Positions 9,587 through 19,016 of a stretch of DNA of 32,000 bases are shown in pieces. Below the pieces are notes generated by a model, which worked only from the letters and a program-made list of their open reading frames with translations, was not told the DNA's origin and searched no databases. Position 1 is the first letter of the stretch, and each line of letters starts with the position of its first letter. The DNA is from Promethearchaeia archaeon. Lineage in GTDB: Archaea; Asgardarchaeota; Lokiarchaeia; Sigyniarchaeales; SOKP01. A program made the translations under genes and the position numbers. Location: positions 90,001 to 122,000 of the forward strand of contig JAWOFX010000054.1 of assembly GCA_046497275.1 (NCBI GenBank), in the 5' to 3' direction.

Positions 9587-10441
9587 ATGATTGAAATGAA
9601 TGAAAAGAATTCTAAATCACTTCTTAAAAAGTTTATTATCCTAGTAATTTTTTTAGGAGTAATTATCATAACTGCAGAGGTAGATTGGGCGGCTGAAAAT
9701 TCTCTTGTCGGTTTAGGTTTTCGATATTTCTGGTTTATTTTATTACTAAGTTTAGCTATAATTCTACCACTACTGTTTATGTATCTTGCAGGAGGAGAAA
9801 TGCGAGAAGAAAATGAATATGAGAGAAAACTGTTTATCATTTCCATAATTTTATTTGTTATTGCTAATGGTATTCCAATAATTTTCTATGTTATCATTGG
9901 AATCCCACCCGGATTCTTTATTTATTTACAATTAGCTCTCTTTGGCCTTATCCCGGCTTTTTTCCCAAGATTAAGAGATAATAGATCGCGAATAATTCTA
10001 CTGGTTTTACTTTATACTATTATAATAGTACCAATCGGAATTCTAGTTAATTCGGCAATTTCTTCACTTTGGGCAGGAGGAGATAATTGGATTTACTATC
10101 TCTCTTTCTGGGGATTGCTTATGACTTTTTTTTATCTTCTAATTGCAATCGGATGGAAATTAGGTGGAGGTACACAAAGACAAAGTTGGAATATATTTGT
10201 AGCCGGTACAATATTACAATATAGTACTTTAGAAGATTTCTTTTTTTTCTTGTTAAATGGGCAATCTCTACCTGGAACTTGGGATTGGATGGACCAATTT
10301 GTCATCAATCTTGAATGGCTTTTTGGTCGCGTTCCTACTGACTTAGATTTATTGCTTTTTTGTATAATTACATCAAGCATCGCCTTGTTTGTTCTTTTCG
10401 ACGTTCACGGTTATATTTGGAATAAATTAAAAGCAAGTTAA
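9587..10441 (+). CDS. Polytopic membrane protein (about 8 TM), unknown function
   Basis: 284-aa hydrophobic ORF with a polar-looking segment STLEDFFFF...LPGTWDWM. Confidence 0.8.
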   Translation: MIEMNEKNSKSLLKKFIILVIFLGVIIITAEVDWAAENSLVGLGFRYFWFILLLSLAIILPLLFMYLAGGEMREENEYERKLFIISIILFVIANGIPIIFYVIIGIPPGFFIYLQLALFGLIPAFFPRLRDNRSRIILLVLLYTIIIVPIGILVNSAISSLWAGGDNWIYYLSFWGLLMTFFYLLIAIGWKLGGGTQRQSWNIFVAGTILQYSTLEDFFFFLLNGQSLPGTWDWMDQFVINLEWLFGRVPTDLDLLLFCIITSSIALFVLFDVHGYIWNKLKAS

Positions 10442-10564
10442 TCGAGAAAAAAATAACTTATAAATTTAAACTGTAATATCTCTTTATTTTTTTATTAAAT
10501 TGAATAACCATATCTGATATTAATTCACCCATTTAATTACAATAATGGAGAAGAGAATTGATTT

Positions 10565-12034
10565 CTACCTATAAGGTTCATTACGTTCGAGAATTTTATT
10601 TATAAGATGTTCTCTACCTGTATTTTTAAGCCTTTTTTTATATTTATCAAGCATTCCTCGACAATGAGAGGGCCCTCCTTCTTGCCACACAGTCCAAAGT
10701 GGGTCAATTTGAGACTCTGAAGTGTTCATCATTTCTTGATGCCATTCTTTTAAGTATTTAGAAGCTTGTCCAACTATATCTGCCCTCTTCTCGGCAAGAT
10801 TATCTAACATATGAAAATCGTTTTGCCGGTCAAATAACATAATTTTTGGAAAATCTTTCATTCCCGTATGATAAGTATTAATCATTATCCATTTATCAAA
10901 TATCACAGTTCTCTGACTACTCCATGCATTCTGAGAAATAATCAAATATTCTCTTCCAAAATCAGCATTACTCTCAATTTCTTGATAAAAGCTTTTTCCA
11001 TCCCAAGATTCTGGGATTTTTTTCTTTAATCCCCTCGCTATAGTAGCAGATATATCTGCTTGATAAACTAAGTTATCATATTCTTTATTCCAATCTTTCT
11101 CTGGCCATCGAATTATCATAGGGATACGATTAACAAAATGATCAGCAGTGGCATGATCTCCGTATACATTAAGTTCACCTTGGCTTTCTCCATGATCCGC
11201 GCCAATAATAATTAAACTATCATCATAAATTTCAAGATTGTTAAGAATACCTACAATTTTACCTACAAAATCATCAGCATACCTTATTCCTACATCATAT
11301 CCATCAATCCAATTTTTAAAATCTTCTAAATTTTTGATTTCAGGTGATTTTATTCTAGGAAAGGCTTTTAAGAAGAATTTTTCTTCCTCTCCAAATCCTA
11401 GTAAATCTCGAGCTGAGCGAGGTCCATAGCTATTTCTGTGTTCATCAATTATATCTTGAGTAATCCATGAAGGAGGGGGATCATTCTCGAAAGGATTCCC
11501 ATAAGACATAGGCGTTCGATAAGGAGTATGCGGATCCCAGGTATTAATATGCAAAAACCAATTATCTGTTTTTCCATTCTCCTCAAGCCATTTTTTAGCA
11601 TACGGATATACAGTATCGGCAATTTCCATTCCTTTTTTTCCGGGATTATATATCTCTTTAAAAGGGGCATAAAACCAATATGCTGAATGTCGTTCTGCAT
11701 ATGGTGAAATTGATACAGTATGAAATCCAGCACTTCGTATAAGATTAACCCAGAAATTTTGATATCGTTGATCTTCAAAATCACGTTCTTTCCCCTTTAA
11801 TCTTAGATCTGCGGCAGTTCCACCGTGACTAACTATTCCAGTATGAATTCCAAATCGTCCCATGAACATAGATGCCCGAGAAGGTAAGCAAGGAGCATCA
11901 GATGCATAACAATTTGTAAATTTCGTTCCTTCCTCAGCGATTTTGTCAATATTAGGGGTTGTATTTCTCTGATATCCATAACATCCTAAATGATCTGCCC
12001 TTAAAGTGTCAATGTCGATATAAATTATTCTCAT
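10565..12034 (-). CDS. Formylglycine-dependent (Cys-type) sulfatase family protein
   Basis: DIDTLRADH, CLPSR (CxPxR), WDPHTPY, GADHGE and RIPMI motifs. Confidence 0.93.
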   Translation of the reverse strand: MRIIYIDIDTLRADHLGCYGYQRNTTPNIDKIAEEGTKFTNCYASDAPCLPSRASMFMGRFGIHTGIVSHGGTAADLRLKGKERDFEDQRYQNFWVNLIRSAGFHTVSISPYAERHSAYWFYAPFKEIYNPGKKGMEIADTVYPYAKKWLEENGKTDNWFLHINTWDPHTPYRTPMSYGNPFENDPPPSWITQDIIDEHRNSYGPRSARDLLGFGEEEKFFLKAFPRIKSPEIKNLEDFKNWIDGYDVGIRYADDFVGKIVGILNNLEIYDDSLIIIGADHGESQGELNVYGDHATADHFVNRIPMIIRWPEKDWNKEYDNLVYQADISATIARGLKKKIPESWDGKSFYQEIESNADFGREYLIISQNAWSSQRTVIFDKWIMINTYHTGMKDFPKIMLFDRQNDFHMLDNLAEKRADIVGQASKYLKEWHQEMMNTSESQIDPLWTVWQEGGPSHCRGMLDKYKKRLKNTGREHLINKILERNEPYR

Positions 12035-12122
12035 ATATGAGAAATATTAATTGTTTAAATAAAAACTTTAAATAAATATAGATTATAGTAAAACAAGATA
12101 CATTAAGGAGTGGTTATTCAAA

Positions 12123-13307
12123 TTGTCAGTCGATTGGGAAAAAATAAGAGAAGAAGAATATCCAACAATCAGAAAAAATAATTTGATTTATTTGCTCTCC
12201 GCAGGGGCATCCATAATGAATAAAAGTGCATTTATAGAAGGGCTTAACTATTTAGATCAAATGCGAACTTATGGGGACATTAATTATGAATTATTTTTCT
12301 TAGAATTAGATCAGATAAGAAAGCAAATTGCGGAATATATTAATAGTGATCCAAGTGAAATCGCGTTTTTATTGAATACGACTTCAGGGATCTCAGCCTC
12401 AGCATATATGCTAAAAAAGGATATAGGAGAGATATTATATCCATCAATCGAATTCCCTACATCTATTCATATGTTTAGAAGATTAGGATTTCCTTGTTTA
12501 AGAATCGATCATGAAAATGGAAAATATCCCATTAAAAATTTTAAAAAAAAACTTTCAAAAAAGACCAAATATAGTATACAAAGTCAAGTACAATCTTTCA
12601 ATGGATTCAGACAAAATTTAGAAGAATATGGAGCTTTTTGTAAGAAAAATGGCTTACTAAATATTGTAAATTCAACTCAAGCATTTGGAGTATTTGAGAT
12701 TGATGTTAAATCCCAAAATATTGATATTCTTGTATCTAATGCTTTAAAGTGGTTGGGTTGTGGATATGGTATTGGAATCATATATATTAATGAAAAACTA
12801 ATTAAAAAATATAATCTCCCATTTACAGGCTGGTTATCTATTAATGATCCTTTTGCTATGGATAATGAAAATATGAATATAATTCAACAAACAAGAGCGA
12901 TGGATTCACTAGGAGGATGTCCAAACTTTGCATCTTTACTTACCTTAAGAGGAGCATTATCCTTGATAAAAGAAAAAATTGGAGAAGGTGATATAAAATT
13001 AGGAATAAAAAAAATCCAAGAAAGGATAATATCTTTAACTTCTTATTTTTTAGAAAAATTAGACAATACAGACTTTAAAATTATAACACCAAGAGAAAAG
13101 GAATATAGATCAGGAATTATTACTGTTGAGCATAAAAATGCTAAAAAAATCCATCGATATCTAACTAAAAACAATGTATTTACCACTTTAAAGCAATATC
13201 CTAAAGCAGATAATGAGACATTAATTCGATTTGCAATAAACTATTACAACAATTTCCAAGATTTGGAAAAAACAATAAATATCCTTAATAGTTGTAGATA
13301 TTTCTAA
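12123..13307 (+). CDS. Class V (fold type I) PLP-dependent enzyme, aminotransferase/lyase-like
   Basis: NTTSG, IEFP, NSTQAFG, DILVSNALKWLG..GIG with the PLP Lys, C-terminal IRFAINYYN; TTG start preceded by AAGGAG. No desulfurase Cys loop was recognised. Confidence 0.85.
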   Translation: MSVDWEKIREEEYPTIRKNNLIYLLSAGASIMNKSAFIEGLNYLDQMRTYGDINYELFFLELDQIRKQIAEYINSDPSEIAFLLNTTSGISASAYMLKKDIGEILYPSIEFPTSIHMFRRLGFPCLRIDHENGKYPIKNFKKKLSKKTKYSIQSQVQSFNGFRQNLEEYGAFCKKNGLLNIVNSTQAFGVFEIDVKSQNIDILVSNALKWLGCGYGIGIIYINEKLIKKYNLPFTGWLSINDPFAMDNENMNIIQQTRAMDSLGGCPNFASLLTLRGALSLIKEKIGEGDIKLGIKKIQERIISLTSYFLEKLDNTDFKIITPREKEYRSGIITVEHKNAKKIHRYLTKNNVFTTLKQYPKADNETLIRFAINYYNNFQDLEKTINILNSCRYF

Positions 13308-13348
13308 GTTCTATAAAAATAAAAAGAAATAATTTTTATTGTAATGTA

Positions 13349-13774
13349 TTAGCGCCCATACTTCCCCATCAATTCTGTCTTTTCTATTAAATGATCCCCA
13401 AATTTCTTTTTGTAATTATTTTTATTCACTCCCTCTAATTTCGGTGTATCTAAAGCATACAAACGAAAGAAATATCTATGAACTCCTCCTGGAGGACAGG
13501 GGCCTCCATAATCTGTTTTCCCAAAATCATTCTTTCCTTCTGATCCAGGAACAGGTCCTCCTTGGGGAATTTCATTAACATCAGGAGGAATATTATATAC
13601 AATCCAATGAATCCATCCTCCTGATGCATCTGGATCATCACATAATATTGCGAAACTCTTCTTATTGTCTGGAGCATTTTCCCAACGTAAATGTGGGGAA
13701 ATATCGTCACCATCGCATGTAAATTTTTTCGGGATCATTCCATCTTGGTCAAAATCATTGGAAATAAATTCCAT
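13349..13774 (-). CDS. YbhB/YbcL (PEBP/Raf kinase inhibitor-like) family protein
   Basis: DISPHLRW, DDPDA, HWIVYNIP, GKNDFG, YGGPCPP and HRYFFRLYALD motifs. Confidence 0.93.
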   Translation of the reverse strand: MEFISNDFDQDGMIPKKFTCDGDDISPHLRWENAPDNKKSFAILCDDPDASGGWIHWIVYNIPPDVNEIPQGGPVPGSEGKNDFGKTDYGGPCPPGGVHRYFFRLYALDTPKLEGVNKNNYKKKFGDHLIEKTELMGKYGR

Positions 13775-14090
13775 ATTTAATTTTTACAAATATAATATTT
13801 AATTATTATGGAAATAGATTATAGATTCATGAGATATACCAATTATTGGTTTATATTGTAAAAGGGATTATAAAATCAGTTGGAAAACTAATAGCAAAAA
13901 CTCTTAAATCAAAATTTCTTTTTTAATCATGGATATTGAACAATAAATATTAGGTATTAGAATAAAAAATTAGGAATTTCAATTTTTAGAGATAAAGTTA
14001 AATTTAAAAATTTTCATAATAAATTCAGCTGTCAAGTTTTCAAATATATTAAAATTTAGCTTTTTCTCTTTTAAATTAGATGAAAAATCA

Positions 14091-17000
14091 ATGACTCAAA
14101 AGTTTTCCAATTTAGAGAGCGCACAAGATGTATATCGCCTAACCTTTAATTTTACAAATGAATTAATAGCTATTCTTAAGCCTAAAGATGATTTTAAAAT
14201 AAAGCTAATAAATGAACGTGTCTTTGAGAAACATTTAAATTATTCTACACATAATTTGCTTGGAAAATCATTTCTTAAGATAATACATCCTGATTATGTT
14301 GAGTTTGCTGCTAAACTATTAAAGCAAGAAGAAAAAAATTCCAACGAATGGACAGAAATAAAGTTGATCGATAAAAATAAGAATGAAAAATGGTTCGAGA
14401 TAAAAGCACATCCTTATGATACTAAAAATGAGAAAAATCTTTTTGTAATACTTAAATCAAAAACCCAACAAAAATTGTTAGAGTCTAAGTTAAATGAGAG
14501 TACCAGTGCGCTAAAAAAGATTACCGAACAGATTCCTGAGATACGTTTTTGGAAATTATTTAGTCCCGAGAAATTTGAAGAAGCATTAAAAAGTTCTTTT
14601 AAAATACTTGAAATGGTCATTGAAAATATTCCTCAGTTCGTATTTTGGAAAGATACCAATCTGAATTATCTAGGATGCAATAAAAATTATGCAAAATTTA
14701 TAGGGATCGATTTAGTGGAAAATATAATCGGGAAAAGGGATAAAAACTTAATTAAAGATCCGGAAAAATTAAAAAGGATAAAAGAGAAAGAAAAAGAGGT
14801 TATAAAAATTGGAAAAGCACAAATTAACCAAACTGAAATATGGGAAACAAATTCTGAGAAATTATTATTTAAGGTTAACCGAATTCCCTTAATTGATGAG
14901 AATGGTAAATCTCTAGGTTTATTGGTTAGTTATGACAACATCACCTATTTAAAAACAAAGGAAATCCAACTTCGTAGAGAAAGAGATTTACTTGAGAAAA
15001 TTATGGAAACTAGCCCCGTGGGTATTATGTTAGCAAACAAAGAAGGAAAAATTACATTTTCAAATGCTCAAATTGAGAAACAGTTGAAAATGACAAGCTC
15101 GGAAATTAAAAGAAGAATTAATCTTAAAAATTTGAGATTTAAAAATCTTGAGGGAAAGATTATTTCATCCGAGGAATTACCTTTCAATGTTATTTTAAAA
15201 ACAAAGAAACCAATTTTGGATTTTAAATTTTCTATTGATTTTCCAAATTATAATGAGATGTATTTCTCATTAAATGGTGGACCATTATTTGATTCTGACG
15301 GAGATTTTGATGGTATTGTGGTGATTATAGATGATATAACCAAAGAAATAAAAACAAAGAGACGAATTATAGAATCAGAAACAAAATACCGCTATTTATT
15401 TGATAAATCTCCTTACGCCATTACTCTATTTACTCTTGATGGAATTTTAGTTGACTGCAATAAAACATTTAAGAATTATATTTCAATTCAGAATAAATCA
15501 GAATTGATTGGGAAAAGTTATAGAGATCTTCTTATGATTAATCCAAAAAATAAGAAATTAGTTCCTTTAGTGGAGGATTTCTCTCAGAGAGTCATAAATG
15601 GCAAATCTCAGAAAAGCCTTGAAATGAAGTTATACAAAAGGAATAATGAAATATTTTGGCTTAATTTCTATTCTTCTTTGATTGAAATTGATAATAAGAA
15701 GTATTTTCATCATATAGTCCAAGATATAACAGAGAGGAAAAGATCTGAAGAAGAACTTAAAGAATCAGAACAAAAATTTAGAAATATCTCAGAAAAATCT
15801 TTAATGGGGATAATAATACTCCAAGATTTTAAAATTAAATATGCTAACGGTATATTCTTAGATACAATTGGCTATAGTGAAGAAGAAGTCTTAAAATGGA
15901 AATCAAGAGAATTCTATAAAATCATTCATCCCGATGATGTGGATTATTTAGAAGAAATGATTATTAAAAAATATCGTAGTGAAATAAAAGTAATAGAGAA
16001 TTTAAAATTTAGATTTATATCTAAAAATGGTCGAATATATTGGGTTGAAGCACTATCCAATACCATAAATTATAAAGGAAAAGATGCGGATTTAACATCT
16101 TTAATAAATATTACCGACAGAAAAGAAGCAGAGGAAAAATTAAAACAATCTGAGAAGAAATATAGAAGCTTATTAAAAACATCCACAGTAGGTATACTCG
16201 AAGTTGATACAAAAAATGAAAAAATTACATATGTGAATCCTCGATTATTAAATATTCTCGGCTATACGAAGGAAGAGTTAAATATGGAAGTAATTAGAGA
16301 TCTCCTCCATCCAAATGATTATGAGAGGATTTATAGAGATCTTGAAGAAAGAGATTTAGAATTTCGAGTCTTTAATAAAAAAGGAGAGATCAGATGGTTA
16401 TCAGGAAAAAGAGTACGACAATATAATGATGACGGAAATTTAGTTAGTGTGAGGCTATGGCTTGATGATATTACAGAAAGAAAGAAATATGAAAGATTAA
16501 TAACTGAAGTTAATATTGATTTTCTTAATTTTACAGTAGATACTCAAAAAAATATCCAATTGCTTTTGAATACTTCGATTAAACTATTGGAAGGAGAAAT
16601 AGCTATATATATTCAGAAAAAAGATGATGATTTTTTTAAAGTAATAACTAGTGATAACGAAATTTATAATTTTGATAATGTTAAAGATTTTGGAGAGGAA
16701 TTATTTTTTACAGAACTATTTAATGTAAAACATGATTTTCCCCAGAAATTTTTAGTTATAGAAACCGAAAAATATTTTGAAACAGATCCTTTAATTCAAA
16801 ACCATAACATTAAGGCTGCTTATGGGAAATTAATTAAAACAGAAAATGATTTTAATGAAGCAATATGCGTTTTTTTTGATGATATTCCAGATATTGCTCA
16901 TGAACATCAGTTAATTCTTTTTCTTATCGCAGATGCAATTGAAATTGAGCATAGGAGATGGGAAGTAAAAGAATATCTTGAAGATCAAAATCGAATGCTT

Positions 17001-17705
17001 AATGAAGTAAATCAATTAAAAACAGATTTACTCACGAGAACTTCCCATGAATTAAAAACCCCACTTATTTCAATAAAGGGCTTTACTGAATTATTATCCA
17101 AGCTCCATAAATCTAAAATGGATTCTGATATGATTTCGATCGTAGATGGGATTATGGATGGAGCGAAAAGAATGGAGAAAATTATTAATACACTTATACA
17201 AGCCTCTAAATTAAATCAAGGCCTTTTAAAACTTAATAAGACAGAAGAAGATCTAGCCTTTTTAATCAAATTCTGTATTGATGAAATTAAAGGATTAATA
17301 AATTTGAGGAATCATGAGATTGAACTCAATTTAGAAAATAATCTTAAAGCAAAATTCGATAAGGAAAGAATATATGAAGTAATATCTAATCTCTTAGTAA
17401 ATGCTGTAAAATATACACCTCCAGGGGGTAAAATATCAGTTATTTCTAAAAATGAGAATAATTCTATAATTACAGCTGTCCAAGATAATGGAGTAGGGTT
17501 AACTAAAGAGGAAAAGGAACAATTATTCCAACAGTTTGGAAAGATTGAGAGATATGGTCAAGGATATGATTTAGGAATTGAAGGAAGTGGATTGGGATTA
17601 TATATTTCTAAAAAAATTATCCAACTGCATGAAGGAAAAATCTGGGCTGAATCAGATGGAAGAAATAAAGGAAGTACATTTTATTTTGAATTGCCACTTA
17701 CTTAA
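14091..17705 (+). CDS. Soluble sensor histidine kinase: six PAS domains, GAF-like domain, HisKA and HATPase
   Basis: Repeated PAS-PAC units ending in DITERK-like motifs; H-box RTSHELKTPL, N-box NLLVNAVKY, G1 DNGVG, G2 GSGLGL. No TM helices or receiver domain seen. Confidence 0.93.
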   Translation: MTQKFSNLESAQDVYRLTFNFTNELIAILKPKDDFKIKLINERVFEKHLNYSTHNLLGKSFLKIIHPDYVEFAAKLLKQEEKNSNEWTEIKLIDKNKNEKWFEIKAHPYDTKNEKNLFVILKSKTQQKLLESKLNESTSALKKITEQIPEIRFWKLFSPEKFEEALKSSFKILEMVIENIPQFVFWKDTNLNYLGCNKNYAKFIGIDLVENIIGKRDKNLIKDPEKLKRIKEKEKEVIKIGKAQINQTEIWETNSEKLLFKVNRIPLIDENGKSLGLLVSYDNITYLKTKEIQLRRERDLLEKIMETSPVGIMLANKEGKITFSNAQIEKQLKMTSSEIKRRINLKNLRFKNLEGKIISSEELPFNVILKTKKPILDFKFSIDFPNYNEMYFSLNGGPLFDSDGDFDGIVVIIDDITKEIKTKRRIIESETKYRYLFDKSPYAITLFTLDGILVDCNKTFKNYISIQNKSELIGKSYRDLLMINPKNKKLVPLVEDFSQRVINGKSQKSLEMKLYKRNNEIFWLNFYSSLIEIDNKKYFHHIVQDITERKRSEEELKESEQKFRNISEKSLMGIIILQDFKIKYANGIFLDTIGYSEEEVLKWKSREFYKIIHPDDVDYLEEMIIKKYRSEIKVIENLKFRFISKNGRIYWVEALSNTINYKGKDADLTSLINITDRKEAEEKLKQSEKKYRSLLKTSTVGILEVDTKNEKITYVNPRLLNILGYTKEELNMEVIRDLLHPNDYERIYRDLEERDLEFRVFNKKGEIRWLSGKRVRQYNDDGNLVSVRLWLDDITERKKYERLITEVNIDFLNFTVDTQKNIQLLLNTSIKLLEGEIAIYIQKKDDDFFKVITSDNEIYNFDNVKDFGEELFFTELFNVKHDFPQKFLVIETEKYFETDPLIQNHNIKAAYGKLIKTENDFNEAICVFFDDIPDIAHEHQLILFLIADAIEIEHRRWEVKEYLEDQNRMLNEVNQLKTDLLTRTSHELKTPLISIKGFTELLSKLHKSKMDSDMISIVDGIMDGAKRMEKIINTLIQASKLNQGLLKLNKTEEDLAFLIKFCIDEIKGLINLRNHEIELNLENNLKAKFDKERIYEVISNLLVNAVKYTPPGGKISVISKNENNSIITAVQDNGVGLTKEEKEQLFQQFGKIERYGQGYDLGIEGSGLGLYISKKIIQLHEGKIWAESDGRNKGSTFYFELPLT

Positions 17706-17725
17706 TCCTTTAACAACGTAAAGAT

Positions 17726-18433
17726 CTACATATCTTTCCCTATCCCTAAATAGAGTAAAATTGCAGAGGCTAGATTAATTACTGTAAAGATTGACCAACT
17801 AAGGCGAAATATTTGATTTTCCCATGTATTATATAACACTAAACCATAGGCTTGAATTAGCAATCCAAAAGTCCCTATCAGTGTATTTCGTACTCTTTTT
17901 TTAAGACTAAAATACTCTATATGTCTGTATAATCTATAAGATAAGATTGAAATTGGGATCATATAAGAAAATGTTAAAAATAAATAATTAACAATGAGAA
18001 AGGGCCAACTCCATTTCGGTCGCCACCCATTATCAAGATTAAATTTTATTCCTTCAGGGATAAATATTAGAAATAATATAAAAATAGCATAAACAAATAT
18101 CAAAATTACTAATCTAATATTTGTAATCTTCATTTCTTCTTTAAAAAAATTAAGTAAAAAGAGAAGATAGAAAATAACACCAAAATAAAATAGAAATACG
18201 GATAAATAATATAAAAATAAAACTAAATAGCTGAATTCTAATAATACTATGACCGCATTATTTAAGGCGAGAAAACTTTCAATTATAAAAAAAATTCCAA
18301 GATATAATGAGGTTTGAATGAATTTCCGCTTTAATACTTTATAAGATAATACTAAAAAAACGATTCCCATTCCTAATTGGAATATAAAAACAAAATAAAT
18401 TCGTGTCCAATCAGGATTAACTGTTAGGATCAT
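17726..18433 (-). CDS. Stand-alone 7TM membrane protein (resembles kinase N-terminal 7TM sensor modules)
   Basis: Seven hydrophobic segments by eye in 235 aa, with a WRPKWSW loop; no cytoplasmic enzymatic domain. Confidence 0.75.
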   Translation of the reverse strand: MILTVNPDWTRIYFVFIFQLGMGIVFLVLSYKVLKRKFIQTSLYLGIFFIIESFLALNNAVIVLLEFSYLVLFLYYLSVFLFYFGVIFYLLFLLNFFKEEMKITNIRLVILIFVYAIFILFLIFIPEGIKFNLDNGWRPKWSWPFLIVNYLFLTFSYMIPISILSYRLYRHIEYFSLKKRVRNTLIGTFGLLIQAYGLVLYNTWENQIFRLSWSIFTVINLASAILLYLGIGKDM

Positions 18434-18618
18434 CTTTACTCAATTCTTAACTCATAAATAAATAATTAATATTAAGCATAGATCTATTTAAGAATTCCCT
18501 TCGGTAGTATTGAGATATCAAAAATGGACTACATTTAATTATTATAAGATAATTTTTTCTAATTATTTGAAGAGAATTTCATTTTTGAAAAATAAAAACT
18601 AATAATTCTTGATGTAAA

Positions 18619-18846
18619 TTGAATTCTACAGGGAATCGGGATAAGTTTGATTTTGAAAAATTAGATATTATTAAAAGATATTTTTCAAGAAGATATACCG
18701 TTGTCTCTAAAGATGTGAGAGAAATTTTACTAAAATTAGAGGTTTCTAAAAAAGAATTGAAAGAAATATTGAAAGCAATAGCATTTTTACCAGAAGAGAA
18801 ACAAAAGGAATTTTTATCAGAATTAATAGATGAGAATGAAGATTAA
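18619..18846 (+). CDS. Small charged helical hypothetical protein (75 aa)
   Basis: TTG-start ORF filling an otherwise empty gap between kinase-related genes; amphipathic helical pattern. Confidence 0.55.
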   Translation: MNSTGNRDKFDFEKLDIIKRYFSRRYTVVSKDVREILLKLEVSKKELKEILKAIAFLPEEKQKEFLSELIDENED

Positions 18847-19005
18847 AAATACCTTACATGGAAATATTTAATTATAATATAGACATTATTTATATTCTCT
18901 AGCTTTTAAAAATTTTTAATGGAATAGAAAACTAGTCCTTCAAAAAATTTTAAAAATAGATTTCGGTTTTTATAAATTATTCAAATACATTCCTATATTT
19001 AATGA

Positions 19006-19011
19006 AGGTGA
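19006..19011 (+). promoter_or_regulatory. Archaeal-type Shine-Dalgarno (AGGTGA), 5 nt before an in-frame ATT
   Basis: Sequence aatgaAGGTGAgatagATTaaaaag; matches the usual archaeal 16S anti-SD. Confidence 0.5.
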
Positions 19012-19016
19012 GATAG

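Noticed and set aside
13834-13854. Imperfect palindrome ATAT-ACCAAT-T-ATTGGT-TTAT upstream of the YbhB gene
   Set aside because: Only 6-bp perfect arms and no second copy found, so it cannot be separated from chance.
14080-14094. Four-codon uORF MKNQ overlapping the kinase start (ATGA)
   Set aside because: Such short ORFs arise readily in AT-rich sequence, and no SD or other support was seen.
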